A stretch of 64,000 bases of DNA from an uncultured Chlorobiaceae bacterium. GTDB taxonomy: Bacteria > Bacteroidota > Chlorobiia > Chlorobiales > Chlorobiaceae. Shown one piece after another: positions 40,701 through 52,824 of the stretch (position 1 is its first letter; every line of letters starts with the position of its first letter). The notes beneath the pieces were generated by a model. The model saw only the letters and a program-made list of their open reading frames with translations. It was not told where the DNA came from and did no database searches. A program made the position numbers and the translations under genes. The stretch spans positions 52,768 through 116,767 of the forward strand of contig CAJEXW010000003.1 of the NCBI GenBank assembly GCA_903994525.1, written 5' to 3'.

Positions 40701-41888
40701 ATGAAGAGAGAGTATTATGAGGTTCTTGGGGTAGGCCGTACGGCCACCAAGGATGAGATAAAAAAAGCATACAGGAAGCTGGCGTTGCAGTTTCATCCGG
40801 ATAAAAATCCTGACAACAAGGATGCTGAGGAGCACTTCAAAGAGGTCAATGAAGCCTATGAGGTGTTAAGTAATGATGACAAGCGTCGTCGGTATGATCA
40901 GTTTGGTCATGCAGGTGTCGGCTCATCGGCGGCATCGGGCGGAGGTCAGTATGCTGGAGGGGGAGCTGATATCAATGATATATTCAGCGCTTTCAGCGAT
41001 ATGTTCTCTGGTAACAGACGGGGAGGGGGATCTCCTTTCGGATTTGAAGATGCTTTTGGTGGTGGAGCAAGACGAGGTCGTGCTTCTGCTGGAATTCAGG
41101 GAACCGATCTGAAAATCCGACTTAAGCTGACTCTTGAGGAGATTGCCAAGGGTGTTGAAAAGACTCTGAAAATCAAGAAGCAGGTAACTTGCACAGTTTG
41201 TAACGGTTCCGGATCAAAAACGGGGGCAACGGAGAGTTGCCAGACCTGCCATGGAAGCGGAGAGGTGCGGCAGGTTTCAAAAACGATGTTTGGCCAGTTC
41301 GTCAATGTTGCCGCATGTCCGACATGTGGGGGTGAGGGGAGGACGGTCAAGGAGCGTTGTACGGCATGTTATGGCGAAGGGATCAAACTTGGTGAGGTGA
41401 CGGTCAAGGTGACCGTTCCTTCAGGTGTTGAGGATGGCAATTATCTCACTCTGCGCTCGCAGGGTAATGCTGGCCCAAGAGGTGGCGCGGCCGGGGATCT
41501 GATCGTTGTGCTGGAGGAGATCCCGCATGAGCTCTTTTCCCGCAATGGTCACGATGTGGTCTATGCGCTTGCGGTCAGTTTTGCCGATCTTGTGCTTGGC
41601 ACGAAAGTTGATGTTCCAACGCTGGAGGGTGCCGTCAAGTTGACGATACCTCCGTCAACACAACCGGAGACCATGCTTCGGATACCGGGGCTTGGAATAG
41701 GACATCTGAAAGGTTCTGGCAAAGGTGACCAGTATGTCAAGGTCAATGTTTTTGTGCCCAAAGAGATTTCTCACCATGACAAGGAGTTACTGAAAGATAT
41801 CCAAAAATCTCCGGGGCTTTCGCCAACGGCCCATAACGATAAGGAGGCCAAGGGCTTTTTTGAAAAGGCGCGAGGTATCTTCAGTTGA
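40701..41888 (+). CDS. dnaJ: Chaperone DnaJ
   Basis: J-domain HPD, G/F-rich region, four CxxCxGxG repeats. Confidence 0.96.
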   Translation: MKREYYEVLGVGRTATKDEIKKAYRKLALQFHPDKNPDNKDAEEHFKEVNEAYEVLSNDDKRRRYDQFGHAGVGSSAASGGGQYAGGGADINDIFSAFSDMFSGNRRGGGSPFGFEDAFGGGARRGRASAGIQGTDLKIRLKLTLEEIAKGVEKTLKIKKQVTCTVCNGSGSKTGATESCQTCHGSGEVRQVSKTMFGQFVNVAACPTCGGEGRTVKERCTACYGEGIKLGEVTVKVTVPSGVEDGNYLTLRSQGNAGPRGGAAGDLIVVLEEIPHELFSRNGHDVVYALAVSFADLVLGTKVDVPTLEGAVKLTIPPSTQPETMLRIPGLGIGHLKGSGKGDQYVKVNVFVPKEISHHDKELLKDIQKSPGLSPTAHNDKEAKGFFEKARGIFS

Positions 41889-41906
41889 CTTTTGCAATAA
41901 TGCCAT

Positions 41907-41936
41907 AAAAAGAGGGCCGGGTTATTTCCGGCCCTC
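41907..41936. terminator. Probable bidirectional terminator
   Basis: AAAAA-GAGGGCCGG-GTTATTT-CCGGCCCTC between convergent dnaJ and malic enzyme genes. Confidence 0.65.
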
Positions 41937-41956
41937 CTCGGTATACAGTGCCGGGG

Positions 41957-43159
41957 TCAATCTACTAGGCCTGCCAGCATCTCTTCGAGCTCACATTCAT
42001 CACCGATACAGTGTGTTCCTTCGGAGGTTTGGGCTATAACGTTGACGATGTTTCGGACAACATCTTTATTGAAAGCGGTTGGCATAAGGTGGTCGTGGGT
42101 AGGCTCTATAGAGTGGGCAATTGAAGCGGCTACGGCCATTTTGATCTCTGCGGTAACTTTTGTGATGCCCGTTGTAAAGAGTCCTCTGAACAAACCGGGG
42201 AAGACGAGGGCGTTGTTTACCTGGTTTGGCATATCTGAGCGTCCTGTCCCCACAATACTTGCGCCTGCTTTATAAGCAAGGTCAGGCATGATTTCAGGTG
42301 TAGGGTTTGCCATGGCAAAGATGAACGGTGCGCTGTTCATCCCCTCGATCATCTCTGTAGTTACAATGTTGCCGACAGAGACACCGACAAAGACATCAGT
42401 GCCGACCAAAGTGCTTTGAAGATCACCCTGCTTTTTGCTTCTGTTACTGAGTTCAGCAATTTTCTGTTTCATGGGATTCATTCCCGGACGCCCCTCATAG
42501 ATTGCGCCTTGTGTATCAACCAGCACTACCTCTTTCACTTTGGCATGAATAAGCAGTCTGGCAATGGCGATGCCCGCTGCGCCGGCTCCATTGATCACGA
42601 CGGACAACTCTTTCAGATTACGTCCCGTAACGCGACAGCCATTGATGATGGCGGCCAGAGTAACAATGGCCGTACCATCCTGATCATCGTGAAAGACCGG
42701 AATAGAGAGCTCCTGTTCGAGTCGCTCAAAAATTTCAAAACATCTTGGCGCTGAAATATCTTCAAGGTTTATCCCTGCAAAACTTGGCTCAATCATTTTG
42801 CAGAATTTGATAATATCCTCAACATCGGTAGAGTTAATACAGAGCGGGAAAGCATCAATACCGGCAAACTCCTTGAAAATTATTGACTTACCCTCCATAA
42901 CCGGCATCGCTGCTTCGGGACCAAGGTCGCCGAGACCAAGAATCGCTGTTCCATCAGAGACAATTGCAACCTGGTTGGCCCGATTGGTCAAGGTATAGGA
43001 TTTCTCTTTGTCAAGACCTATTTCCAGGCAAACTGCTGCAACGCCGGGAGTGTAAGCCAGTGACAACTCATGCTTTGTCGCTAAATCTACTTTTGATCTA
43101 ATTTCAATTTTCCCACGTGTTCTGAGATGTAATTCTATTGATTTATTTGAATAATCCAT
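41957..43159 (-). CDS. NAD(P)-dependent malic enzyme (short form)
   Basis: LSLAYTPGVA, DGTAILGLG, PVMEGK, NLEDI, FHDDQDGTA, GAGAAG, ANPTPE, NNALVFPG. Confidence 0.93.
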   Translation of the reverse strand: MDYSNKSIELHLRTRGKIEIRSKVDLATKHELSLAYTPGVAAVCLEIGLDKEKSYTLTNRANQVAIVSDGTAILGLGDLGPEAAMPVMEGKSIIFKEFAGIDAFPLCINSTDVEDIIKFCKMIEPSFAGINLEDISAPRCFEIFERLEQELSIPVFHDDQDGTAIVTLAAIINGCRVTGRNLKELSVVINGAGAAGIAIARLLIHAKVKEVVLVDTQGAIYEGRPGMNPMKQKIAELSNRSKKQGDLQSTLVGTDVFVGVSVGNIVTTEMIEGMNSAPFIFAMANPTPEIMPDLAYKAGASIVGTGRSDMPNQVNNALVFPGLFRGLFTTGITKVTAEIKMAVAASIAHSIEPTHDHLMPTAFNKDVVRNIVNVIAQTSEGTHCIGDECELEEMLAGLVD

Positions 43160-43422
43160 GTATTAACGCTGACGCCCTTGTCATAATATCGATCGTTATC
43201 GTATAAAATTAGCTTGTCGTCTGGGGATATCAGCGGTGAACTTTTCATTCATTCCGCAATGACCTGCAGAGGGACAAGGTGACTGAAAAACGACCCAATA
43301 TACTCTTTTTTAGCTGTGAAGCTTGAAATAGCAAATATTATATGGCATAAGCCCCCCTTTAACGGCAAATTCATGCGTTATGAACGACTAACAGGTCAGT
43401 GGCCCCGGGCGAGAGTGTGGAA

Positions 43423-43899
43423 TTATACTGTTCTCTTTTCGTAAGCCAGTTTCAACCCATCGACATATTGAGCTATAACCGACTGGTCTGAAAGCTCATC
43501 GGGAGCAAAGATTCTTTCAGCGATAATATCGCTTCCGATAAGGTTCAGTTTCAGTTGTGGTAGATAGAGTATATTTGCCATCAGCTCGGGACTTCCACAG
43601 GTAAGGAAGAGTGCAATTTTTTTATGCTGAAGGCAGCTCTTCAGGTTGCTTTGCAGCAAAGCGCCAAGAAGTTCAGATGATACCATCAAATAGTAAATTG
43701 GCGCTCCAAGGATGACGACATCACAATCTTTGACAAAACTGTAGTCTCCAGTGCTTTTACATTTTGCTTTTTCAACCGTAGCGCCCGATTCAGCAAGTTT
43801 AATCCCAATAGAATCAATGAGTTTTTCGGTTGCTCCTCCTGATGTTTTGCTGTCGAACAGGATGATAACTTTCATCGGTGTTGTTGCATTGTGTGTCAT
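43423..43899 (-). CDS. Flavodoxin-like protein
   Basis: FDSKTSGGATEKL, VILGAPIY, ALFLTCG. Confidence 0.7.
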   Translation of the reverse strand: MTHNATTPMKVIILFDSKTSGGATEKLIDSIGIKLAESGATVEKAKCKSTGDYSFVKDCDVVILGAPIYYLMVSSELLGALLQSNLKSCLQHKKIALFLTCGSPELMANILYLPQLKLNLIGSDIIAERIFAPDELSDQSVIAQYVDGLKLAYEKRTV

Positions 43900-43953
43900 A
43901 ATAGTACAGTGATGGTTGTGTGGAGTCTGAGGAGTGAATGAGATAGTAAGGTA

Positions 43954-43984
43954 TAAAAAAAAGGCGCCCAGTTTGAGCGCCTTT
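43954..43984 (-). terminator. Intrinsic terminator of gap
   Basis: On the minus strand AAAGGCGC-loop-GCGCCTTT followed by a long T run. Confidence 0.75.
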
Positions 43985-44012
43985 GAACAACTTCGTTCAA
44001 AAAAATGTTGTT

Positions 44013-45122
<1,110 letters not shown>

Positions 45123-45150
45123 CTAAGATATAATATGAAATTTGATTTCT

Positions 45151-46581
45151 TCAGAAATTTTTTTCAAAATTTTCAATCAACAGATTTTTCAAACCACTGA
45201 AGCTGCCATTGCTGAGCAGTGCCACGACATCCCCCTCTTTGAGTTGGAGTTGCAGGAATTCCACAATATCGTCCGGGTAGTTTCTTTCACTCATACCGGC
45301 AAGAAAGAGGGTCTTATCCTGTGTTTCAAGTTCATCTTTCAACTGCAGTGTGTTGAGTGATTTGTCGGGCGCGTAACGATCAGGGCGGTGAACCTTCCCC
45401 ATAACAATAATGGAGGCAACTCCGAAGCATTGCGAAAGTTCCTGCTGGAAGATTTTTCTGGTGGTGGTGTTTGAACGGGGCTCAAAACAGGCAATAATTC
45501 TTCGTCCTGCGTAGAGATCCGCAAGCGCCTCAAGCGTTACCCTTATGGCGGTAGGGTGATGGGCGAAATCTTCGACAAGAGTAATGTTTCGTGCGTATGT
45601 GCCAATAATCTCCATCCGTCGTTTGGGCCGCTGGAAAAGTGGTATGGCGTGCTTTACAGCCTCAAAAGAGAGTCCACTCCGGGTTGCTGCGGCCACGGCT
45701 GCCAGTGTATTCATGATGTTGTAGCTTCCGAAAAGCGGAACGCTCAGCGTGCCGATAGTGGTGCCGTGACGCAGAAGGTCAAAGGTTGATGCCGCACTGT
45801 CTGCGCGGATATTGGTGGCACTCCACTCTGCCTCCGAAGCCAGCCCGAAGCGTTCAACCTTGCAGAAGGCGCGTGAGGCAATTTCCATAGCTACAGGATC
45901 GTCACCGTTGACGATCAGAAGGCCATTGCGCGGGATAAGGTTGACAAAGAGCCGGAAACTGCGCTTGATATCCTCAAGGGAATCAAAAATATCAGCGTGA
46001 TCAAATTCGATATTGTTGATAATAGCGATGTCGGGGCGGTACAGCAGAAACTTGCTTCGTTTGTCAAAAAATGCGGTATCATACTCGTCACCCTCGCTGA
46101 CAAAAAAACCATGGTTACCTCTTCCCGAAGGACGGCAGCCCACCGAAAAATTTTCAGGGATTCCACCAACAAGGAATCCTGGCTGGAGACCACCATGTTC
46201 AAGCAGCCAGGCAAGCAGTGAGGTGGTCGTCGTTTTGCCATGGGTACCGGCGACAACAAGAGAGGTATTTCGGGCAATCAGGTGGTGGCGCACAAGCTCC
46301 GGCATTGAGAGCAACTCGAGCTGATTGTCGAGGGCGTACTCCAGCTCCGGATTTCCGCGGCTTATGGCGTTGCCCACCACAATAACGTCATGAGCTCTAT
46401 CGTGCAGGTTTTTTTCGGAAAAGCCGTTGAAATAGCTGATGCTATGTTCCTCAAGAGAGGTGCTCATCGGTGGGTAGAGTTGTACATCCGAACCGGTGAC
46501 GGTATGGCCAGCGTGAGAAAGCGCTATAGCAACGGATGCCATGGCAGTGCCGCCGATACCGATAAAGTAAAAGGAGCTCAT
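45151..46581 (-). CDS. mpl: UDP-MurNAc:tripeptide ligase (murein peptide ligase)
   Basis: FIGIGGTAM, GNAISRGNPE, GTHGKTTT, EGDEYDTAFFDK.SKF, EDFAHHPTA, FEPRS. Confidence 0.9.
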   Translation of the reverse strand: MSSFYFIGIGGTAMASVAIALSHAGHTVTGSDVQLYPPMSTSLEEHSISYFNGFSEKNLHDRAHDVIVVGNAISRGNPELEYALDNQLELLSMPELVRHHLIARNTSLVVAGTHGKTTTTSLLAWLLEHGGLQPGFLVGGIPENFSVGCRPSGRGNHGFFVSEGDEYDTAFFDKRSKFLLYRPDIAIINNIEFDHADIFDSLEDIKRSFRLFVNLIPRNGLLIVNGDDPVAMEIASRAFCKVERFGLASEAEWSATNIRADSAASTFDLLRHGTTIGTLSVPLFGSYNIMNTLAAVAAATRSGLSFEAVKHAIPLFQRPKRRMEIIGTYARNITLVEDFAHHPTAIRVTLEALADLYAGRRIIACFEPRSNTTTRKIFQQELSQCFGVASIIVMGKVHRPDRYAPDKSLNTLQLKDELETQDKTLFLAGMSERNYPDDIVEFLQLQLKEGDVVALLSNGSFSGLKNLLIENFEKNF

Positions 46582-46797
46582 GGGTGAAGAGTCTTTGCGG
46601 ATTGTTGTTCCTTTAATATCTGGTCTTATAGTACAATAAAAAAAGAGCAGGCGCAACGATGCCGGGTATCTGGGCATAAAGTCTCCTGATTTTTCACAGG
46701 CTCCAAATTCAGAAGAATCTACAGGAGTGTGTTAAAAGAATGAAATGAATCTGTATTTTCAGCTTCAGTTTTCATGGATTTTAAATGGTTGTTCATC

Positions 46798-47910
46798 ATG
46801 CAATTTATTGACCTGCTTACCCAGAAAGATCGCATACGTACATCACTGCTTCAGCGCATTGAAAGAATTCTCGACAGTGGCCAGTTTATCATGGGGCCGG
46901 AGGTGACTGAACTTGAGTCGCGCCTTGCGGAATATGTTGGTTCTCGTTACTGCGTCTCCTGCTCTTCAGGAACGGATGCGCTTCTGATGCCTCTTATGGC
47001 AAAGGGTATCGGGCCGGGGGATGCTGTTCTGACCACTCCGTTTACTTTTGTAGCAACCGCCGAAGTGATAAGTCTCACCGGAGCGACGCCGGTGTTTGTT
47101 GACGTCTCGCCTGATACCTTCAACATGAATCCCGATCTTGTTGGTCAGGCGGTCGATCAGTCGGTTCAAAAGGGTTTGAAGCCAAAGGCGCTTATTCCGG
47201 TTGATCTGTTTGGTCTTCCTGCGGAGTATGAGCGACTTGCTGCTCTTGCCAACAATTATAAACTCTGGATTCTTGAGGATGCGGCGCAAAGTTTTGGCGG
47301 CAGTTTTGGTGGACGCAGGGCAGGCAGTTTTGGTCTTGCCGGTGCCACCTCATTTTTTCCGGCAAAACCACTTGGCGGATATGGTGACGGTGGGGCAATT
47401 TTTACCGATGATGATGAGCTCGATACTTTGCTCAGGTCAATACGAGTTCATGGCAGTGGTGTCGATAAATACAGCAATGACCGTATCGGAATTAATGGCC
47501 GTCTTGACTCTTTTCAGGCGGCAGTACTGCTTGAAAAGCTCACCATCTTTGATGATGAACTCGATGCTCGCCAGCGTCTTGCAGATGCCTACAGCAAACG
47601 GCTTGAAAACAGGCTGGTAGTTCCCCGGATTCCTGGTGGATATCGTTCAGCCTGGGCGCAATACTCCGTGCTTGCCTCTTCTGCGCAAGAGCGGGATCAG
47701 CTCATGCAGGCGCTGCAGAAAGCGGGCATACCCTCAATGATCTATTATAAAATCCCTCTTCATCTTCAGAAAGCCTATGACAACCTTGGGTACAGCGTTG
47801 GTGATTTCCCTGTTTCGGAAGATTTGAGCGGACGGATTTTTGCGCTGCCCATGCATCCATACCTCAAAGAGGAGGAGATTGAACAGATCTGTGCCGTTAT
47901 CCTTAGGTAG
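46798..47910 (+). CDS. DegT/DnrJ/EryC1/StrS PLP-dependent sugar aminotransferase
   Basis: SSGTDAL, EDAAQSFG, SFFPAKPLG..GDGG, NGRLD. Confidence 0.92.
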   Translation: MQFIDLLTQKDRIRTSLLQRIERILDSGQFIMGPEVTELESRLAEYVGSRYCVSCSSGTDALLMPLMAKGIGPGDAVLTTPFTFVATAEVISLTGATPVFVDVSPDTFNMNPDLVGQAVDQSVQKGLKPKALIPVDLFGLPAEYERLAALANNYKLWILEDAAQSFGGSFGGRRAGSFGLAGATSFFPAKPLGGYGDGGAIFTDDDELDTLLRSIRVHGSGVDKYSNDRIGINGRLDSFQAAVLLEKLTIFDDELDARQRLADAYSKRLENRLVVPRIPGGYRSAWAQYSVLASSAQERDQLMQALQKAGIPSMIYYKIPLHLQKAYDNLGYSVGDFPVSEDLSGRIFALPMHPYLKEEEIEQICAVILR

Positions 47911-47924
47911 ATAGTTGCCTCATT

Positions 47925-49160
47925 ATGCGCATTCTTTTTATACATCAAAATTTTCCGGGTCAGTTCAAGTTTCTTGCCCCGGCATTGGCTGCCGACCCTC
48001 AAAATACCGTGCTGGCTATGACCATGAAGCAGCATCATGGCCGCCAGTGGAAAGGTGTAACGCTCTGCTCGTATGCGACCAGACGCAGTTCAACAAAGGA
48101 TGTGCATCCGTGGGTAAGTGATTTCGAAACAAAAACCATTCGAGGGGAGGCCTGTTTTTATGCTGCGCTGCGATTAAAAGCTGACGGCTTTATGCCTGAT
48201 GTGATTCTTGCCCACCCTGGCTGGGGCGAAAGTATGTTTGTGAAAGATGTCTGGCCGTTGGCTAAACTTGGTATCTACTGTGAGTTTTACTACCATAGTT
48301 TCGGGGCTGATGTTGGCTTTGATCCGGAGTTTCCCTTGAAGAATGAGGGCGAAACGTGTCGGTTGCATCTCAAGAATCTCAATAATCTGCTCCATTTTCA
48401 GGTTGCAGATGCGGGTATCTCTCCTACTGAGTGGCAGGCAAGTACTTTCCCGGAGCCGTTCCGCTCCCGGATTAGCGTGGTGCATGATGGTATTGATACG
48501 GGTATGGTTGCTCCTGATCCAGGTATCAGTATGCTGATAAATGGTAACGTGTGGCTGACAAAGCAGGACGAGGTGATAACATTTGTTAACCGTAACCTGG
48601 AACCGTATCGGGGGTACCATATTTTTATGCGCGCTCTTCCTGAACTTTTGCGACGAAGAGCGAAGGCAAGGGTGTTGATTGTGGGGGGGGAGAATGTGAG
48701 TTATGGAGCAAGGCCGGAAGAGGGGAGGAGCTGGAAAGAGATTTTTGCCGCAGAGGTGCGTCCCGCCATCAGCGACGCTGATTGGAGCAGGGTGCATTTT
48801 CTTGGCACTCTTCCTTATCAGCAGTTTATTCAACTGCTTCAACTTTCAATGGTCCATGTTTATCTGACATACCCGTTCGTTCTCTCATGGAGCCTGCTTG
48901 AGGCCATGAGTGCCGGGTGTGCTATTGTCGCAAGTGATACCAAGCCGTTACATGAAGCGATTACTCATGGTGTAACAGGTCGCCTGGTGAATTTTTTTGA
49001 TGGTGATGCCATGATTCATGATGTGTGTTCGCTGCTTGATGATCCGGCGGCCAGAGCCAGACTGGGAGCCGGTGCCCGAAGCTTTGCCGAGCGCCATTTT
49101 GATCTTGAAGCGGTCTGTCTGCCTCATCAAATTCAATGGGTTAAAAAAATGCTGCTGTGA
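47925..49160 (+). CDS. Glycosyltransferase family 4
   Basis: HQNFPGQF, HPGWGE, RNLEPYRG, YLTYPFVLSWSLLEAMSAG. Confidence 0.9.
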   Translation: MRILFIHQNFPGQFKFLAPALAADPQNTVLAMTMKQHHGRQWKGVTLCSYATRRSSTKDVHPWVSDFETKTIRGEACFYAALRLKADGFMPDVILAHPGWGESMFVKDVWPLAKLGIYCEFYYHSFGADVGFDPEFPLKNEGETCRLHLKNLNNLLHFQVADAGISPTEWQASTFPEPFRSRISVVHDGIDTGMVAPDPGISMLINGNVWLTKQDEVITFVNRNLEPYRGYHIFMRALPELLRRRAKARVLIVGGENVSYGARPEEGRSWKEIFAAEVRPAISDADWSRVHFLGTLPYQQFIQLLQLSMVHVYLTYPFVLSWSLLEAMSAGCAIVASDTKPLHEAITHGVTGRLVNFFDGDAMIHDVCSLLDDPAARARLGAGARSFAERHFDLEAVCLPHQIQWVKKMLL

Positions 49161-49294
49161 ACTTCGTTTTTTCAGCTTTTTATACGGTTTGTTATGATTA
49201 ATGATTGTTAATTACTAAATTCGGAGCTTGTTTTCTCGTAAGGCGTTAAAGACTGTGATGCTCATGAATAATTCTCATATAAGTTTGATCGTTT

Positions 49295-51058
49295 GTGAAA
49301 GGAGTTAAAGTAAAGTCCCCGTTACGCGAGGCTCTGGCCGCGCTGTTTCCATCTCTCTTGCATACATTTTACTTCAGCCTCGTTGTAAACATTCTTGTGC
49401 TTGCTCCAAGCGCCTATATGATGGAGGTGTATGATCGTGTGGTGAACAGTCGCAGCCATATTACCCTTTTGATGCTTACCCTTCTGGTCGTCGGCGCTTA
49501 TCTGCTGCTTGAGGGGCTTGAGTGGGTACGACGTGAGGTGATGAACGAAGCTGGTATGGCGCTTGACAAGCGGCTGAGAGAGCATGTTTTCACTGCTATT
49601 TTTATGGCGCGGCTTCAAAACGTCTCTGCCGCTGGCGCTCAGGCATTGCGTGATCTCAAAACCATTCGAGAGTTTCTTCCCTCTCCGGCTCTCCTTGCAT
49701 TTATTGATACGCCTCTTGCTTTGCTCGTTCTTATACTGTTGTTTTTGATGGCGCCAACGCTTGGATGGTTTGCTGTCGCTGGTGCGTTCGTGCAGTTTGG
49801 CATTGGTTTTTTTAATGAACGCCGAATCCGCGAACCTCTACTGGTTGCGCACCGGAGCTCTCTTGGAGCCCAGGCCTATGCTGACGGAGTGATTCGTAAT
49901 GCGCAGGTGATTGAATCGATGGGAATGCTCGGACACATCCATAAACGCTGGATGGCTCTTCAACAAGAGTTTGTAATGCGGCAAGCCGAAGCCTCTGACC
50001 ATGCAGGGACGAATGCTGCTCTCTCCAAGTTGGTGCAGAGCCTTTTGAGTTCTCTGTTGCTTGGAATGGGTTGCTGGCTGACGTTGAAAGGGGAGATCCA
50101 TGGCTCTGGCATGATTGTTGCCTCCATTCTAGGTGGCAGGGTACTTGCTCCTCTTGTACAGATTATCGGAAGCTGGCGGCAGGTTGAAACTGTTCTTGAA
50201 TCGTACGGTCGTCTTGAAGGTATGTTGCGCGAACTTCCGATGCATCAAAAGGGGATGGCACTCCCGCCTCCTACCGGTCAGCTTTCAGTGGAAGCGGTTA
50301 TTGCCGGTGCGCCAAGAAGTCCCTTACAGATTCTGAAGGGAATTAATTTCAGGGTAGCTCCGGGTGGTTCACTGGCTATTGTCGGTCCTTCGGCATCCGG
50401 CAAAACCACCCTTGCCAGATTGCTGGTGGGGATCTGGCCCGCGATGCAGGGAAAGGTTCGGCTTGATGGTAATGACATTTATCAGTGGGACAAGGAGGAG
50501 GTCGGGCGTTATATTGGCTATTTACCACAGAACGTAGAATTATTTGAGGGGACGCTTGCAGAGAATGTGGCGCGTTTCGGAGAACCTGACCCTGAAAAAG
50601 TGAAAGCGGCTTGTCAGATGGTAGGGCTTGACACTCTTCTTCAAAAGCTTCCGAAGGGGTATGAAACCCAGATTGGTGACGATGGTTCTTTTCTGTCGGG
50701 TGGAGAGCGTCAGCGGGTGGCACTTGCACGGGCAGTGTACGATATACCAAAATTTGTGGTGCTTGATGAGCCGAATGCGAGTCTTGATGAGGCCGGCGAC
50801 ATCGCCCTGCTCAATGCAATCATGAAGTTAAGGTCCAATGGCTCTACGGTTATAGTGATCACCCATCGGCTGAATATTCTGGGAGCAATAGAGCACATGC
50901 TTGTGCTTGTTGATGGTCAGGTTCAGCGTTTTGGCACCTGCAAGGAGGTCATGGAGGCTCTTCAGTCACCACCAGCGGCTCCTCAACCGCAGCAGGATTC
51001 ACAGCCGCCACGGGCTTCGCAGCAGCAAAAGCCGAAGCCACAACAGCCACGGGCTTAA
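49295..51058 (+). CDS. Type I secretion ABC permease/ATPase (PrtD/AprD-like), copy 1
   Basis: YMMEVYDRV..S.S..TL, GPSASGKTT, LPQNVELF.GT, LSGGERQR, LDEPNASLD; Gln/Pro-rich tail. Confidence 0.9.
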   Translation: MKGVKVKSPLREALAALFPSLLHTFYFSLVVNILVLAPSAYMMEVYDRVVNSRSHITLLMLTLLVVGAYLLLEGLEWVRREVMNEAGMALDKRLREHVFTAIFMARLQNVSAAGAQALRDLKTIREFLPSPALLAFIDTPLALLVLILLFLMAPTLGWFAVAGAFVQFGIGFFNERRIREPLLVAHRSSLGAQAYADGVIRNAQVIESMGMLGHIHKRWMALQQEFVMRQAEASDHAGTNAALSKLVQSLLSSLLLGMGCWLTLKGEIHGSGMIVASILGGRVLAPLVQIIGSWRQVETVLESYGRLEGMLRELPMHQKGMALPPPTGQLSVEAVIAGAPRSPLQILKGINFRVAPGGSLAIVGPSASGKTTLARLLVGIWPAMQGKVRLDGNDIYQWDKEEVGRYIGYLPQNVELFEGTLAENVARFGEPDPEKVKAACQMVGLDTLLQKLPKGYETQIGDDGSFLSGGERQRVALARAVYDIPKFVVLDEPNASLDEAGDIALLNAIMKLRSNGSTVIVITHRLNILGAIEHMLVLVDGQVQRFGTCKEVMEALQSPPAAPQPQQDSQPPRASQQQKPKPQQPRA

Positions 51059-51079
51059 TACATATCAGTTTAACGTTTT

Positions 51080-52777
51080 ATGAAACCTGAATTTTTTGAT
51101 CGTAGTGTGCTCTCCCGGCAACTCTGGGAGTTTCGAAAAGAGTTTGTCTGGGTTGGCATCTTCAGCCTGATAGCCAATGTGCTGATGTTGACGCCTACGA
51201 TCTACATGCTGCAGCTTTATGGCCGGGTGATGAAGAGTGGCAGTGAACTTACTCTTCTGATGGTCACCTTTTTTCTGGTTTTCTTTTATGCTGTCATGGC
51301 GTTTGCAGAGTGGCTCCGTTCACGCATTATGGTGCGTGCCGGGGTCAGGCTTGATGAAGCGCTTAACTCTCTGGTTTTCAAAGCAAGTTTTGATGCATAC
51401 CTGAATCAGACGCGACATAACGTCACCGAGGCCTTCACGGATTTGACCAATATTCGTCAGTTTTTAACAGCAAACGGTATTATTGCATTTTTCGATACGC
51501 CATGGACACCGGTCTACATTGCAGTAATCTTTTTGCTGAGTCCATTTCTTGGTTTTCTCTCGATTTTATTTGCTTTGGTGCAGCTTGGGGTGACATGGCA
51601 GACCCATCGACTCTCTGTCAGAGAAATTGAAACTGCTGCTGAGTCGGGCAACGACAGTTATCGGTATGTTCATTCCAAGCTTCGTAATATTGAGCCTCTC
51701 CATGCTATGGGGATGACGGGGAATCTTCAGAGGCATTGGCTGATGCTGCACGATGCATCTCTTGCTAAAGCGGAATCCTCTCTTGAACGTCAGCACCGTC
51801 AGCAGGCTTTTGCCAAGTTTGTGCGTTACAGTATGCAGTCGTTTACATTAGGGGCTGGCGCACTGATGGTTATTGATGGCAAGATGGCGGTAGGTTCAAT
51901 GATTGCAGCAAACGTCCTGATGTCGAAAGCACTTCAGCCACTGGACCTTGTTGTAGCAACATGGAAGCCTTTTGTTCAGGCGCGTACGGCATTTGCCCGA
52001 CTTGAAAAACTGCTTGAGGATTTTCCTGAACGTCCGGCAGGAGCAAAACATCAGGATCCTTTTGGAGAGATAAGGCTTGAGGCTCTTACTGCAACTGCCG
52101 ATGGACGAAAGAGTCCCATTCTTGATGCCATTTCAATCATGTTTCCCGCTGGCAAGGTTACTGTTGTCCTTGGCCCGTCAGGTTCCGGGAAGTCAACACT
52201 TGCCCGTTGTATTGTCGGGGTTTGGCCTCAACGGAAAGGGCGGGTACTTATCGATGGTGAACCTGTTGAGAGCTGGAACAGGATGGAGCTTGGCCCCCAT
52301 ATTGGTTATCTTCCACAGGATGTTGAGCTGTTTGATGGTTCTATTGCTGAAAATATTGCCCGTTTTGCAGAGATAGACTCTGCCAAGGTTATTGATGCAG
52401 CAAAAAGCACAGGTATTCATGAGATGATTTTGCGTTTTCCTCGTGGTTATGATACTCCGATAGGTGACGCGGGGGGGATGCTTTCAGGAGGACAGCGTCA
52501 GAGGCTTGGACTTGCGCGTGCATTGTATGGGAGACCCGCTCTTGTTGTGCTTGATGAACCCAATGCAAATCTTGATGATGCCGGGGAGCGCTCTCTTCTT
52601 GAAGCTGTCAAGAATTTAAGAAAGGCCGGAAAAACAGTTATTCTTGTGACTCACCGTCCAAGTGTGCTTGCTGCTGCAGATCTCTTGGTTGTTATGCAGG
52701 ATGGAAAGATTGTCAGGTGTGGAGCTCGTGATGAGGTTTTGGCGGCAATGCGTGCTGAGAGTGTCCAACCTGCGTAA
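51080..52777 (+). CDS. Type I secretion ABC permease/ATPase (PrtD/AprD-like), copy 2
   Basis: [45 protein letters not shown]. Confidence 0.9.
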   Translation: MKPEFFDRSVLSRQLWEFRKEFVWVGIFSLIANVLMLTPTIYMLQLYGRVMKSGSELTLLMVTFFLVFFYAVMAFAEWLRSRIMVRAGVRLDEALNSLVFKASFDAYLNQTRHNVTEAFTDLTNIRQFLTANGIIAFFDTPWTPVYIAVIFLLSPFLGFLSILFALVQLGVTWQTHRLSVREIETAAESGNDSYRYVHSKLRNIEPLHAMGMTGNLQRHWLMLHDASLAKAESSLERQHRQQAFAKFVRYSMQSFTLGAGALMVIDGKMAVGSMIAANVLMSKALQPLDLVVATWKPFVQARTAFARLEKLLEDFPERPAGAKHQDPFGEIRLEALTATADGRKSPILDAISIMFPAGKVTVVLGPSGSGKSTLARCIVGVWPQRKGRVLIDGEPVESWNRMELGPHIGYLPQDVELFDGSIAENIARFAEIDSAKVIDAAKSTGIHEMILRFPRGYDTPIGDAGGMLSGGQRQRLGLARALYGRPALVVLDEPNANLDDAGERSLLEAVKNLRKAGKTVILVTHRPSVLAAADLLVVMQDGKIVRCGARDEVLAAMRAESVQPA

Positions 52778-52824
52778 GTGAACTCTGAGGTGCTGTTGTT
52801 TTTTATCTAACATGATTAAACAGA

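Noticed and set aside
38958-41888. hrcA-grpE-dnaJ without dnaK
   Set aside because: A split dnaK locus is common in Bacteroidota/Chlorobiota to my knowledge; not unusual.
43160-43422. Possible riboswitch in the malic enzyme leader
   Set aside because: No recognisable conserved aptamer motif by eye.
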